Assembly: GCF_036321535.1 (NCBI RefSeq)
Contig: NC_087436.1
Coordinates: 5,022,001-5,086,000, forward strand
Source of the DNA: Camelus dromedarius
Lineage: Eukaryota
Direction of reading: 5' to 3'
Length of the DNA: 64,000 bases
In this document: positions 1 to 11,800 of the stretch, in pieces
How positions within the stretch are numbered: the stretch's first letter is position 1
How the letters are laid out: each line of letters opens with the position of its first letter
Notes under the pieces: generated by a model
The model's input: only the letters and a program-made list of their open reading frames with translations
What the model was told of the DNA's origin: nothing
The model's database searches: none
Made by a program: the position numbers and the translations under genes

Positions 1-512
1 AGTGGTAAGCTGAATAATGTCCCCTAAATTCTCAGACGCCTCCTAATTCTTAGAACCTGTGACTGTGTTACTGTGGGTGGCAGAAGGGACTTTGCAGATG
101 TGATTAAGTGAAAGACCGTGAGATGGGGGAGTTATTCTGGATACCCAGTAGGCCCGTGTCCTCACAAGGAGACCCATGAGAAGGAGGCAGCAGAATTAGA
201 ACAAGAGAAGGTGATATGATAAGGAAGTAGAATCGGGGGTAAATGGCAGGATGCTGTGTTTCTGGCTTTGATTGTGGAGGACGGGGCCCTGAGCCAAGGA
301 GCGTGGGCAGCCCTGGAAACTGAGAGGGCCTGGAGCTTGTTCTTCTCCCTAGAACCACCAGAAGAATGCAGCCCTCCTAACACCATGATTTCTGCCCCTA
401 GGGCCCATTTCTGGTCTCTGCCCTCCAGAACTGTAAAAACCCACAAGTGTGCATTGCTTTCAGCCCCGAGACCTGTGGTCACTTGTTACATCAGTGATGG
501 ACAACTATCACA
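1..512 (+). mobile_element. MaLR solo LTR, MLT1 family (MLT1D-like)
   Basis: Typical MLT1 blocks: gtggtaagctgaataatgtcccc, gggactttgcagatgtgattaag, tctccctagaaccaccagaagaatgcagccc, ctccagaactgtaa; ends acaactatcaca. Confidence 0.85.
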
Positions 513-1589
513 ATGGCCAGGCTCAGAATATTCTCCAGGTTTTCTTGGGTATCAGTGCATTTGATTCAATAGAAAGAAAAGCAAAATAGAAAGAAATGTT
601 CATGTTATTCGTCCAGTTATTTATTTTATTAATGATAGTGTCTGTGCCTCTGTAAAGGTAACCAATGCATGAAAACAGAATTACTACAGCAGAACAGCTC
701 CTCATGCCTCGTGCTCTCCCGTTTATATATCAACTGAAATTCGGCAAACCGATAGATCTTTGCTTTAAAGGTGCACTTTTTCACTTTTGGTTTTCACCTT
801 TAAACATTATCCAAGGGTAAATGGCCTTGTATTATGAAATATGAAATTTGGATTGTATTTCTAAATATGTACCATACATTTAAAAAAAGTGTTCATGTTC
901 CTCTTCTAAAGATTGCTGCATATAGAATAAAGTTTAGTTAGTGTGAACATATATAAGACTGAAAATCAAGAAGGGAAATATTGACATGCTCTGTTTTGAA
1001 AAGAAAGTGTTCGTTTCTGATGTACGAAGACACTGACATATGAATATTTTATTTTAGAAAATTGTTGGATCTTTCCTTCTGTTTTGTATTCAGTTTAAAA
1101 ACAGTTTCAGAGGAAAAAAAATTGTGTGACTTACTGTTGTGTTCCTAATAAAACAGAAAAATAACAGGTTATGAAGAGCCATAATTACAGGGAGTTTCAG
1201 AAGATACATTTGCAAAGGTTGGATGGATTAGTCTTCAAAATGGTCCAGCTGCTGCGCCATTTGCCTTTAATGCTGGGCTGGATGTATTACCAAGCACAAC
1301 ACATTTGGTTACCAAGCATATCGTATTTGATCTAAATTATTCCATGTTTCCAATATTGTATACTTTGGAACTCTGGAATTTAAAATTTTCTTAACAGCAA
1401 CCTCTTCCTTCAGATTGAAATTTATCATACTAAGTTTTAAGAACTGCATATATGATACAATTTTTTTTCACTCAAGGATGTGTTTTCATTGTAAAAACTG
1501 ATGGGTTTCTTGGGTGTTTATTTGGTTAGTGAGTTAGTAAAATTTTTGAATAGTATTGATTAATTTCCTCTATAATAGACACTATGATA

Positions 1590-1700
1590 ATACATATTAA
1601 TTCTTGCAATGACCTTATGGAACATGTTCATTATATACAGAAGAAAAATGAGCCTGACAGAACTTAACTTGTTCCAAATGCTGTGATTTTAGCAAGTATA
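1590..1700 (-). mobile_element. MIR SINE remnant
   Basis: ttaattcttgcaatgaccttatgg...atacagaagaaaaatgagcc...acttaacttgttccaa resembles the reverse-complement MIR core; heavily diverged. Confidence 0.4.
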
Positions 1701-1846
1701 CATTTTTATCTCAGCTCTCAATAATATTCTGAGTTAAAAATTGTGAGTATAGTTTAACTGTGGTCTTTAAGCTGTTATAATGATTATTATATACAGTTTT
1801 TAAGTTTTTTATTTCACAGAGTATTATCCACCTTAAATAATATGTC

Positions 1847-2000
1847 TGTATCAGTCAGGTAATGATAGATGATGTGGTGTAACAAATAATACCCCAAGTC
1901 TCAGTGGGATTGTTTGTTGCTGATTCATGTACCGTCAACTTTGGATTGTAGATTTCCTCAGGGCAACGGTCTTACATTTGTTCAGCATTCCAGCCTGCTG
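1847..2000 (-). mobile_element. MLT1 (J/K-like) LTR fragment
   Basis: tgtatcagtcagg...gtgtaacaaataataccccaagtctcagtgg matches the reverse-complement 3' end of old MLT1 LTRs. Confidence 0.5.
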
Positions 2001-2032
2001 TGTGTGTAATTTTGTGTTTTCTCTACCATGAA

Positions 2033-2038
2033 GACACA

Positions 2039-2075
<37 letters not shown>

Positions 2076-2095
2076 ACACACACTCACACACACAC
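2033..2095. repeat. (CA)n microsatellite, imperfect
   Basis: Uninterrupted CA run 2040-2073 with interrupted CA flanks. Confidence 0.97.
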
Positions 2096-2874
2096 CATAA
2101 AGGCCAAGAAGGGAAATGAAGGGCATGGGAGAGATTCCTATAAAAAGAGATTTAATAAAGGTCACAGAACAATGACAAAACTCCATCAAAGCAAAAATTG
2201 TGCAGAAAAATAACTAGAGACCTGTTGCATAAATATCAAAGTGCCCCTTAAGTTAAACAAAGCATTTAAGATAAATAAGCAATAAAAAATGTGGTTTAGG
2301 GAAGGAACCTACTATCCTCAGAGCTTGCTCCTGGTTGATCAAAAATATAAAGGGGAGTGAAATCAGTTTGAGGAGACTCTTGAATAACTCTGAAATGTAC
2401 TAGAATACAGTTAGGCCTGGAAACTGATTTCAGGCAAAATCTTCAGGCTTCAGGAGCAGGTTCCCTGACGCTGCTTTTGACTAAGAAATGTGGGCTTGAA
2501 GGTCTGTGTCTGACCCAGTATAACTCTTCATTCCTGTATAATTAGCACTGAGAATGCTGATATTATTTCTTCTTGTGTTACTACGTCTTTTTTCCCTTAG
2601 ATGTAAGCCGAGCAGAAAAAATATGTGGGCTGTACAATGTGTTGCTCATATTTGCAAGTCTGTCTTACTCCCACGTACACACATATCACAGCCTAACAGT
2701 CTCCAAAAGAATCCAGAAATGGAAAGTTTTAACTCTGGCACTGCCACAGACGTAGGATATCTCTCACTCCTTTCCTTCCTGTTGTGATCCTTTTGCTTTT
2801 TCTTGGACTTAAAAGACTTTGTTAAAAAAAAAATCAAATTAAAAAGAAAAAAGTATACAGCATAATGTCCCAGT

Positions 2875-2975
2875 CATGCATATATATACATCAAGTCGTG
2901 CTGTACACCAGAAATTGACACATTGTAACTGACTATCCTTCAATAAAAAACAAAACAAAACAAAACAAACAAAAA
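2875..2975 (+). mobile_element. L1 extreme 3' end with (CAAAA)n tail
   Basis: gctgtacaccagaaattgacacattgtaactgactatccttcaataaaaaa matches the 3' terminus of the longer L1 copies in this window. Confidence 0.85.
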
Positions 2976-3584
2976 GGAAAATAGTGTATAATGTTGGCTG
3001 TTTTGTCTTTATCTCTTATCTCTGTTCATTTTATTCACCATTAAATCGACTCACAGAGGAAATTTGCATCAAAGCAGAATGCCTAAGCAGAGAGAAAGCA
3101 CAATGTATTCTTTATTGAGGTTCAATGCAAAAAAACTGATAAGAAATCTTAAAACCCTGTATTCTCCCCTGCTTGGGTTAAGTTCTCTTCATGTCTGTTA
3201 CCAGTACTTCACCCATTTGTCCAAAATCAATCTGTTAATGCAAGTATAATAAAAGAAGTGTGCCTTTAGAACTGCATTGTGTCTTAAAACATAAATGCCC
3301 ATTCATTCAAAATCTTTTGTTGATAGGCCAAGATCTTATTCAAGTACAGTTTTCTAGCGGAATAACTAGTTATTTCTAATTACATTTTCTCTAAACTGAA
3401 ATAAGAGCTTAAGATACTTTAAGCAATATGAGTATAGGGTCTTTCTATATTTTCCCAGTCTTTTCTGGTAGTATCGCCCACACCTAATTTATGCACCATG
3501 ATTTTTGTTTGTTGGTTTTTGTTGTTTAGCAATTAGCCCATGTTTTGTTAAAATCCTTTAAGAAACCAAACTCCTAAATATGGT

Positions 3585-3898
3585 GTTAGTTGTGACTTCT
3601 CTTTCATTCCTGATTTTGCTTATTTGGGCCCTCTCCTTTTTTTTTTTTTTTTAATGAGTCTTACTAAGGACTTATCAACTTTGTTTCTGTTTTCAAAGAA
3701 CCAGCTCTTAGTTTCATTGACCTTTTCTATTGTTTTTAGTTTCTATTTCATTTATTTCCACTCTGATCTTTATTATTTCCCACCTTCTACAAACATTGGG
3801 CTTTGTTTGTTCTGTTTCTAATTCCTTTAGATGGTAGGTTGGGTTCTTCATCTGAGATTTTTCTTGTTTCTTGTTTCTTGAGGTAGGCTGTAGTGACT
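3585..3898 (-). mobile_element. L1 ORF2 internal fragment (post-endonuclease region)
   Basis: Minus translation [42 protein letters not shown] is L1 ORF2-like. Confidence 0.9.
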
Positions 3899-5210
3899 GC
3901 ATCTTGAGACAGTGACAGAAAAGGAGATGCAAAGTTATCAGTGACCAGATGAGGAAGTTTGGGATTTTGAACTTGAAGAAGAGAGATCCACTGACAGACT
4001 TTGAGTAAAATAATGATATGATTAAATGTACGTCTTGGAGATTCAAACAGTTGACAATGAAGTTCATGCAATATAGAATTACAGCACTCACCACAGCGCC
4101 GAGACTTAGCGCAGAAATCACTTAGAACAGCATCCTAAATGTTAAAGAGTATTAAAGTAAATCATACTAGGGATGTCTCTCCCCAGGTACAATTACTTAC
4201 CTACAGTCATCAAAGTGTTCTCCCTCTTAGTAAAATGCCCTTGAAAATCTGCTGAGTTGGGGCATCAGGTCTCTAAAGTGACTCTCAAAATTAATTGATA
4301 GAAATCAGAAGCAAAACTTCTCATTAAAATATTAAGTTGACATTGCATCTATGACTGGGGAAGATACACAGAAACGCTTACTCACGTTGAACTTTTTAAA
4401 TAGATTCAGGTGTTTTCCAGGGTCCCTCCTGCCAGTCACCACTTCTAAGCAGCACTTTAATTTCACGTCCTTTGCACGTAAACTCAAATACTCAGGGCAG
4501 CAGACACCCAAAGGTTGAACAAAAGCAATCTTCACCGAATGAATTTTTAAATAACCTATGAAAACAGCTATTTTTTTCCATCAGAGCTGAGGTTATGCAA
4601 TGTTCTAAGACTCAGTCACACATCTAATTTCTCAAGGATACATCATGTTCCACAGTTAAGGTTGTTCTTGAGATGAATGTTTGACTTTTGAATTGTTGGA
4701 AGCAAACTGGTACAAGGCTTCCATGGCTCAACTACTGAAGAGACAAACACTCATTCTTCAGCCAAATGTTTTCTGAACTCATTTCAGGGGAATTCTGACT
4801 CAATGCAGAAGCTGTGAATTAACTCTCACCTGGCAAAAACTGACGGTTTCCCAAATGCCATACAGTTCCAAGTTCAGGTAAAAATACACACCAATACTCA
4901 TGAAATTGTCTCCTTGTTAAATTGGACTATAAGTTTGCTAAATCACTCAGGACTTAATGCAATAAAACCTGTGAAGTTAATTTCTCCATTTATTGATCAT
5001 TCATAAAAGAAGTCGTACATTTTCCAGAGCATTCTAAACCTAAGAAAAAACATGCCATTAACTTATAAGATTTGTTTCTTTACAGTTTCAAAGCACATAG
5101 TATATTATTAGAGCTCTCCAAACATTTCTCATTTTATAGAAGTTAAGGCTTAAAAGAGCTAAATTTGTTTTGTACAAGTAAATAAAATCAGTGAAATAGA
5201 GGTCTTCTAA

Positions 5211-5334
5211 TTTTTTTTAAATTTCATTTTATTGAGTTATAGTCAGTTTACAATGTTGTGTCAGTTTCCAGTGTAGAGCACAATTTTTCAGTTATACATG
5301 AACATACATATATTCATTGTCACATACGTTTCCA
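5211..5334 (-). mobile_element. Young-type L1 3' end fragment
   Basis: Poly-T then ttttattgagttatagtcagtttacaatgttgtgtc...cacaatttttcagttatacatgaacatacatatattcattgtcaca, the reverse complement of the tails at 35610-35710 and 43350-43450; possible short TSD ctaattt. Confidence 0.9.
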
Positions 5335-7719
5335 CTAATTTCTGGTAACAGAAATCAAAATCAAAATTACAGAAAACTACGGTGCGATTGGTCACTATAC
5401 TTGAATTTTATAGCCCTGTCTCATGGTAAATAACTGATTCATTCATTACACAAAGATTTATTAAAAACTAGACCTGTGACAGATGGTGTGAGAAATGCAG
5501 AGCTGTGCCTGTTTTCAAAAGGGCTGCTAACCCACAGGGTGTTGTCAGGAGAGGGGAGTGTGTTTCTGCTCATGCACGTGCATTTCCTCTTACCAGAATC
5601 CACCATAAGAAAACCAGCTGGATCAAATACCTTTATCTTTCAAACTTCCTAATAAATAACAATGCTTCATAATATTTGGTCTTCCCAATGGTGGTAGCTG
5701 CAAGCTTCTTAAGCATATGTCATGTGTCATTTTTTTGTTTTTTTCCTCTGGAAATTCTAAAGTAAACAAGGTCTTAAAAAATCCAAACAGATTCACAAGT
5801 CTAACAGGTACTGTAATATAATCAACAAAGATACTGAAAATACATCACTTGCTACCTGGAAAACACGCATTTTGGTTCTGTAAAATGTTTAATATTCATA
5901 CTCAAGGCATCATTTAGAGGTGGATTAACTTAGTTTTTCCTTTATAAGCAAGCCACTGTGTCCCCCAGGAGAGTTTTCTGAACAAGTTAATATTTTGTGC
6001 TTTTGGCAGGCAGATGACTTTTTAGGACAATTTTATAACTTCAACACTGTTGAATGACTCTTTTAAAATTATGTTTTCTCTTGTAGCCACTGTGTGCCCT
6101 GGAACATTCACCAAACAGAATCTTTAAGCAACATATTCCACTTCCACACCATTTGAGACATAGTATTCTCAGAAGCTGTTCTCTGCAAAGACAATTTACT
6201 TACAAATGCTTTTCAGCTCAGCCCCATTCCCTGTGTGCCTCACTTGTAAGGTGCTTCCTTTGGTGACAACCAATATGGCACGTCTTAAATGCCACCTACA
6301 ACTGCTACCCATTTGCTACTTACCTGCACAGTGTAAAATCAAGACATGTATTAAAGAAGTGATAAAGGCACCTTTACGTCTGGGACTGCAGGATCATTGA
6401 TTTTAGTGTGTAATGCCACCATTTCCAAATCTCCATGTGCCACCTGATAACTGTCCCTTCATATTTGTAATGTAGCAAGAGTTTGCAAGGCAACCAGAAA
6501 GTTCGATAGTCGGCTGGCCCTGGTTTTAGAAAGAGGGCCTGGATAACTATTCTTTCTGCCTTCTTCTTGCTAAATGTGGGGGTTCAGCTGTAGCGATTTC
6601 GGCCACGTGGATGTTCTGATTAGTGCTTTTAAACATGGCACCCAAGAAGCTGACATTCATACTCCTCTCAGCCATCAGTATTTCGTTTCGTATAAAATGA
6701 TGTAAGACACACACTTTCTATTCACGGATAAAAAATACGACGTTCCAGGAGATCTTCTGTTCTTTCTCCAGGGGCTCAGCTCTGCCTCTAAAGCAAAAGG
6801 CATTTCTTAGAAATGGGATTTACCTGTATCTACACAACCAGCATCCGAGAAATGGAGGAGGGCTGAGGACCTCACACGGTCGTGCCCAACGCAGCTCCAG
6901 TATGTTGCGGCTCCACATGACTCCATCCCGTCACAACAGGAAACAAGTTAATAAACACAATCTGCCCTAAGTTCTCTTTCCCTGAAAGCTCTACAGACTT
7001 TCTCCTTTCATCAAGAAAAACAAGACTCATACATGAGTCCGAACCCTGTTACTAGCACCGTGACGGCGTGAAATCCCAGAACTTTGGGAACCTCTAATAT
7101 GATTTATAATGTTTTCAAAGTGTGTCACTCTTGAGATCCCAAGTAGAATGTAGCTTTCTTGAGCTTGTGCAGCACACTTTTACTTCCTCTTCGTAGCAGT
7201 CTGGCAATGAAACAGCATTGTAGATTAGAAGGAGACACTTCCCCACATATTTTCACCCAGAAATCTCAACTATTTCTACCACCTGTTGTCTCCTGCCTTG
7301 TCCTTCTACAAGAAACACAGAAGAAAAGGTTGGACAAGCAGGAAGAAGAAACGATACCACTGGGGTTTTCTACAAGCTGAAGATTAGCAGGTTGTCACCT
7401 GCACTTTGGTTTGTCAATATACCTATGGGACCAAAGAAAAAGAAATGAAGAGAAGAAAGAAACAGGCTTGGTGGGAAGTGATGCTAACAACAGTTGTGAT
7501 GAAGGAAGAGAGAAGATATTTGGAAAGTGAAAAGACACAATTGGAGGGAAACAATGGTGCTCAGGGGTGAGAACCCAGTGGAATGTTCTGGTTGTCCCCA
7601 GGGTATGTGCACTCCTTATGTACTGTCATCCTGAGAAGACGTTCTTCATCTTTGCCACACTTGTTAGTTTTTATTTATTGAATACACCTGAAATGTAGAA
7701 ATCCATGAATATATGTATT

Positions 7720-7818
7720 TTTTAATTTATTTTTTAAGTAAAAAAATTATTAAATTATAGTTGATTTACAATATTGGTTTTAGGTGTACAACATAGTGGT
7801 TCAATATTTTAAAAGACT
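7720..7818 (-). mobile_element. L1 3' end fragment
   Basis: tatagttgatttacaatattggttttaggtgtacaacatagtggttcaatatttt after a T-rich run. Confidence 0.75.
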
Positions 7819-9779
7819 TAAGAAAGCAATTCATGGAGCAAAATTTGCTGCCACAAATTGGATGAAAACCTTGGGATAGTCCAAAAATGACTCTACCATG
7901 TTTGGATTCCAAAACCGTAGATCTGGCTGACCTAGACTGACCCAGTTGTATTTTTCCTGGCCATCTCTTCAAATACAGCAAGTTGTCTTCTGTTAGGGCT
8001 ATTTCCAAAAATATTGTCTTTCCCGTCACCCATACATTTCAGTTTTCTTTCATTCCCAAGTGCTGCTGTGAGGTGGGGGATGGTCAGTCATAAAACTAGG
8101 AAGATTCTAGCATCATAAAATGATTATCTCTGATTCTTTTAAAAACAGCTACTAACATAAGACTTTGTCAGCCAAGATTTTCAAATTCAAAAACATTCAA
8201 TTCAACTTGAGGTTTCATTCTCAAGGTATTCTTATTTTCCACTGCTCTACAACTTTCTTTTCCAGTTTAACATCTATTAAAGGACTTTTTGAAATGCAAG
8301 AGATGTTACAAACATGTCCACGTGTAAAGTCTGTCACTCTGGCAATCAAATCAAAACCTTTGGCTAAATATTAGAGAAAGGGTGTCAGAAAGATAATGGA
8401 CTCAAACTTGTGAACAAAATTACTCCTGGCTTCCCTTGTAATTTCAGTAACATAACACGGTTTACCACTTCATTATCCTCTAATTGCTTCCCATAAATCA
8501 TTAATATTGACCCAAACTGTTTTCTGTGGTCCTTCAGGGAAAGGAGCCTTAGGACTTCTCAGGATGCTACCACAGGGTCAGGAAGCTAATGGGTTTCCAC
8601 TAAGTGTCCTCTGAGCCCCAGTGGATTGCTGTAATACACTTAATTTTCAGTCACTGATATTGCTTCCTAGTGCCAGCCAAGTGTCCGCTGGTTCACACTT
8701 CTCATTAAAGGCCAAGGTGCCGTGGAAACAATGGAGTGGAACTGCAGTGCCTGGTATGCAGGAAGTCCAGCCCCCAGGGACTTACCGTCTGATGTTGGCA
8801 TCTGACACCACAACTTCTATTTCAGATATGGTATGGTTTGGAGTACTCAGATCCCATGAAAACCACCCCTTTTATGTACCAAGAAAACTTACTTTGATTC
8901 ACATAAACATAAACACACGGAGTCTATATGTGGATAAGAGACTTTAAGGGAGAGAGGTAGTTGGATTGCAACAATAAAAACCACTGGAAATCTCAACTTT
9001 TGTGCCCTCTTCCAGAGAATCACAGGGCACTGTCAGCACTGGGGGCCCCCACGGGTCTCCTCACTGTACCAGTGTCCACGCCGTCTCACCAGGTTTCTTG
9101 TTCCTTTCTCTTCCCTGCTGTCTCTCCCGCTCCCCGATTCTCTGCAGGATTATTCCTACAGCTGTGATTAAGCAAAATTAAGCTCTTCAAGCTTCAAGTT
9201 AGACAGTAAATTCCAGGTCTTTGGCTTTAAGTAGCATCTGTTCAGACAGCTTTCAATAGTGATTTATTTTTCTCTACTACTCCAGAAGTTCCTTCACTGC
9301 CCATAGCTCTAATTGCTAGGAATCATGTGGAGGAAATGAGAAATAACATTTCTTAATATTGTAAGAGACAAGACCAGATTTAAAGAATATCTTTTAAATC
9401 CTTAAAAAAAAAAAAAAGCAGAAGTAAAATGTCACAAAATAGGAAAAGTCAAGGTGTAACAGTCTTCAGAATAAGTTCATAATAAAGAAATCTCATGAGG
9501 AGGAGAGGTGTGCCCTGGGTGGTCTTTGCTGTAAGAGGGGGGATGTGAAAACAAACATTTCTCCAGCATCCACCACACCAGACAGGATCTCTACTCACTG
9601 AGAACAAGGGGTACCTGAGAATCTGTAGAAGATCAAACACACCCATCTGAACAGAACTGAGATTCAAATAACTCAGGCCTCACTAACAAGTAGAGACAAT
9701 GAGATGTATGACTTTCTCAGCCAGCTCTCAGTGAGTAGTTACTGAGTTACTAGCTCTACACTATTGCATGTTTCCATCG

Positions 9780-10060
9780 AACAATTTTATTTACATGTAT
9801 CCTGCACTCTATGTAAAAGACTTGAGGTGGGTTATAATAAAACGGAGAATATCAGAGCCATGGAAATTTAGCTAGGTGAAGCAATATTATTGCAAGTAAA
9901 CATTATATAGAAATATAAGTTAAAAGATGCTACAGAAATAAAATACTGATATTAAATTGCACTAAGCCTTTTGGCTAGATGAGTTATGAGAAACTAAATT
10001 AGTTATACAATTTACGTCTTGCATTTTTATAAAATGAAACAAACGAAGAAGAGAAAGATT
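9780..10060. mobile_element. Possible ancient LINE remnant (L4/RTE-X-like)
   Basis: ttttatttacatgtatcctgcac...aaaagacttgaggtgggttataat and aaattgcactaagccttttggc resemble remembered L4 segments; weak. Confidence 0.3.
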
Positions 10061-10169
10061 TTCTTCCATTTACTTTTGTAAAAAAATATTTTTATGGTCA
10101 ATGTAGTGGATGGCTTCCTGAAAAACCTTTTGACCAGTAAGACAACAGTAGACCTTGTACAGTAGGTTC

Positions 10170-10575
10170 TGTTAGAATCGGAGAGAAAGGAAGGATCAGA
10201 GACAGCTCAACAGCAGACAGGTTTATTTTGAGAAACCTGCAGACAGTTCTCCAGTTAGACTGGACCCCGCTCTCTGCATACAGACTTGGTTGTTTTATGC
10301 CTGGGGGGTAGGAGCTGATTGGTGGGTTCTTATGCAAATGAGGGGTGCTGAGTGGTAAGTTCTGATTGGTGGATTTTTGTGTAGATGAGGTATGAAGGGT
10401 AAATGCTGATTGGTGGGTTTTGAAAGGGGTGTGTCTGAAAAAGAGACTGGCTTGTTAGATGAATGTTCCCACAAGTAGTTCTCACTCAAGTCTGGGGAGG
10501 GTTTTACAGGAAGTTGTTACTTGCAGGGGGCTTGGCTTGTCCCAAAATCGTAAAATAGCTGCAGATCTCATAACG
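10170..10575 (-). mobile_element. ERV solo LTR with CCAAT/octamer array
   Basis: Starts tgttag and ends cataacg; minus-strand AATAAA (10222-10227) and TATA-like CATAAAA (10293-10299) lie downstream of three CCAATCAG boxes, the normal U3-R-U5 order; no clean TSD found. Confidence 0.7.
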
Positions 10576-11164
10576 GAGTTGGTCGTGTCTATCAGATCCC
10601 ACTGTGCAAGGCCTCCCCATGAAGTCTTGTTTGTCTGTGCCCAAATTAAGGATCCTGTATATGCTGCTGTTACGAATAAAACCTTTTTGTTCATTATTGT
10701 CTTCTTAGTGAAATCCTTCTAAAAGTACGAGTTTGACGCATATGACAACCTTGGTCCCCTTAGAAATATAATGGAAATCTCCAGAGATTCAGGTAAGGAG
10801 CAGAGTTATCAACGTATGAATTAAAATCGTGATATGCAAAATTTACAAGGTATCCGAAAATGTGTTTTTAAATATTTCTCAAGTAAATGTTTATTTTAAT
10901 ATTCAGTTTAATATTTATTTAATCAATTTAAAGAAATTTCAATGTCTATATGAATTGTTTTGAAAAGGACACTGGTTATCTTCCAAATTTAAGTTTTCAG
11001 TAGAAGTTTAAAAGATTAAAAAAAAATTACATTTCCATCTGTCATACTCCAGTTATTTCCATTTGTTCCTATTTTAGGCCTTTGTCTGCAAGTGCAAATA
11101 GATAGTAAATATCTTGCTTCTTTCCCTCATATCATTAAAGATCATAATTGATTTAACCTGTTCA

Positions 11165-11463
11165 TTTGCTCAGAGTAGACTAGTTACGCTGTGGTAACAT
11201 TCAGTTCCAAGGTGTTAGCAGGTTTACAGTCAGAAAGCTTTACTTCACTCATGCTGTTCACATTGTCGGTTCAGGCTCCTCTCCAGGACATCTTACTTGG
11301 AGGGGAGACTCACATGCAGGTTTAAAGCTTCTGCCTGGAAGGAAGGCTCACATCCTCATTTACCTGGCTCTGCCTGACTTCAGTGGCTCAAGGAAATACA
11401 GGTCTACCATGGGCCTGAAAGGAGAAAGAACACAGTTTTGAACAGTACTGGTGACTGTCTCAC
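11165..11463 (-). mobile_element. MLT1 (K/L-like) solo LTR
   Basis: gactagttacgctgtggtaaca...tttacttcactcatgct...tttaaagcttctgcctggaag...gaacagtactggtgactgtctcac. Confidence 0.6.
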
Positions 11464-11800
11464 CCATTTCTGGACACTCAATTTGTTTCCGAACTTTCTA
11501 CAATTTTAGGGAGTTCTGTAATGAATATTCCTTTTTGTTTTACATTTTCCTACCATTTTTTTTTTAAAATGGAGGTAGTGGGGATTGAACCCGGGACTCT
11601 GTGCACGCTAACCACACACTCAACCACTGAGCTCTACCCGCCTCCACCTCCCCACGACTATTCTTATACACATTTTTCCTGTTGTTATTTCTTCAGTAAA
11701 AATTCCCAGGAGTGGAATTACTGGGTCAAGAATACGAATGTTATAATGACCCAATACGTATCCCTATATTGCTTTTCAACATTATAGTCAATAGATGGAT
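11464..11800 (-). mobile_element. Old L1M 3' region fragment, interrupted by a SINE
   Basis: tggacactcaatttgtttcc...atgaatattcct...aaattcccaggagtggaattactgggtcaag is typical of antisense L1M. Confidence 0.6.
11556..11645 (-). mobile_element. tRNA-Ala-derived SINE, Vic-1-like (camelid)
   Basis: Minus strand reads GGGTAGAGCTCAGTGGTTGAGTGTGTGGTTAGCGTGCACAGAGTCCCGGGTTCAATCCCCACTACCTCC plus an A-tail; pol III A and B boxes present, cloverleaf degenerate. Confidence 0.85.

Noticed and set aside
104..564. Three overlapping ORFs of 84-106 aa
   Set aside because: They lie essentially within an MLT1 LTR and show no protein similarity.
1935..2213. ORFs with VCVC/THTH runs (likewise 55030-55459)
   Set aside because: These are translations of CA/TG microsatellites.
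11556..11645. tRNA-Ala gene
   Set aside because: Stems are degenerate and it has an A-rich tail; it is a tRNA-derived SINE.
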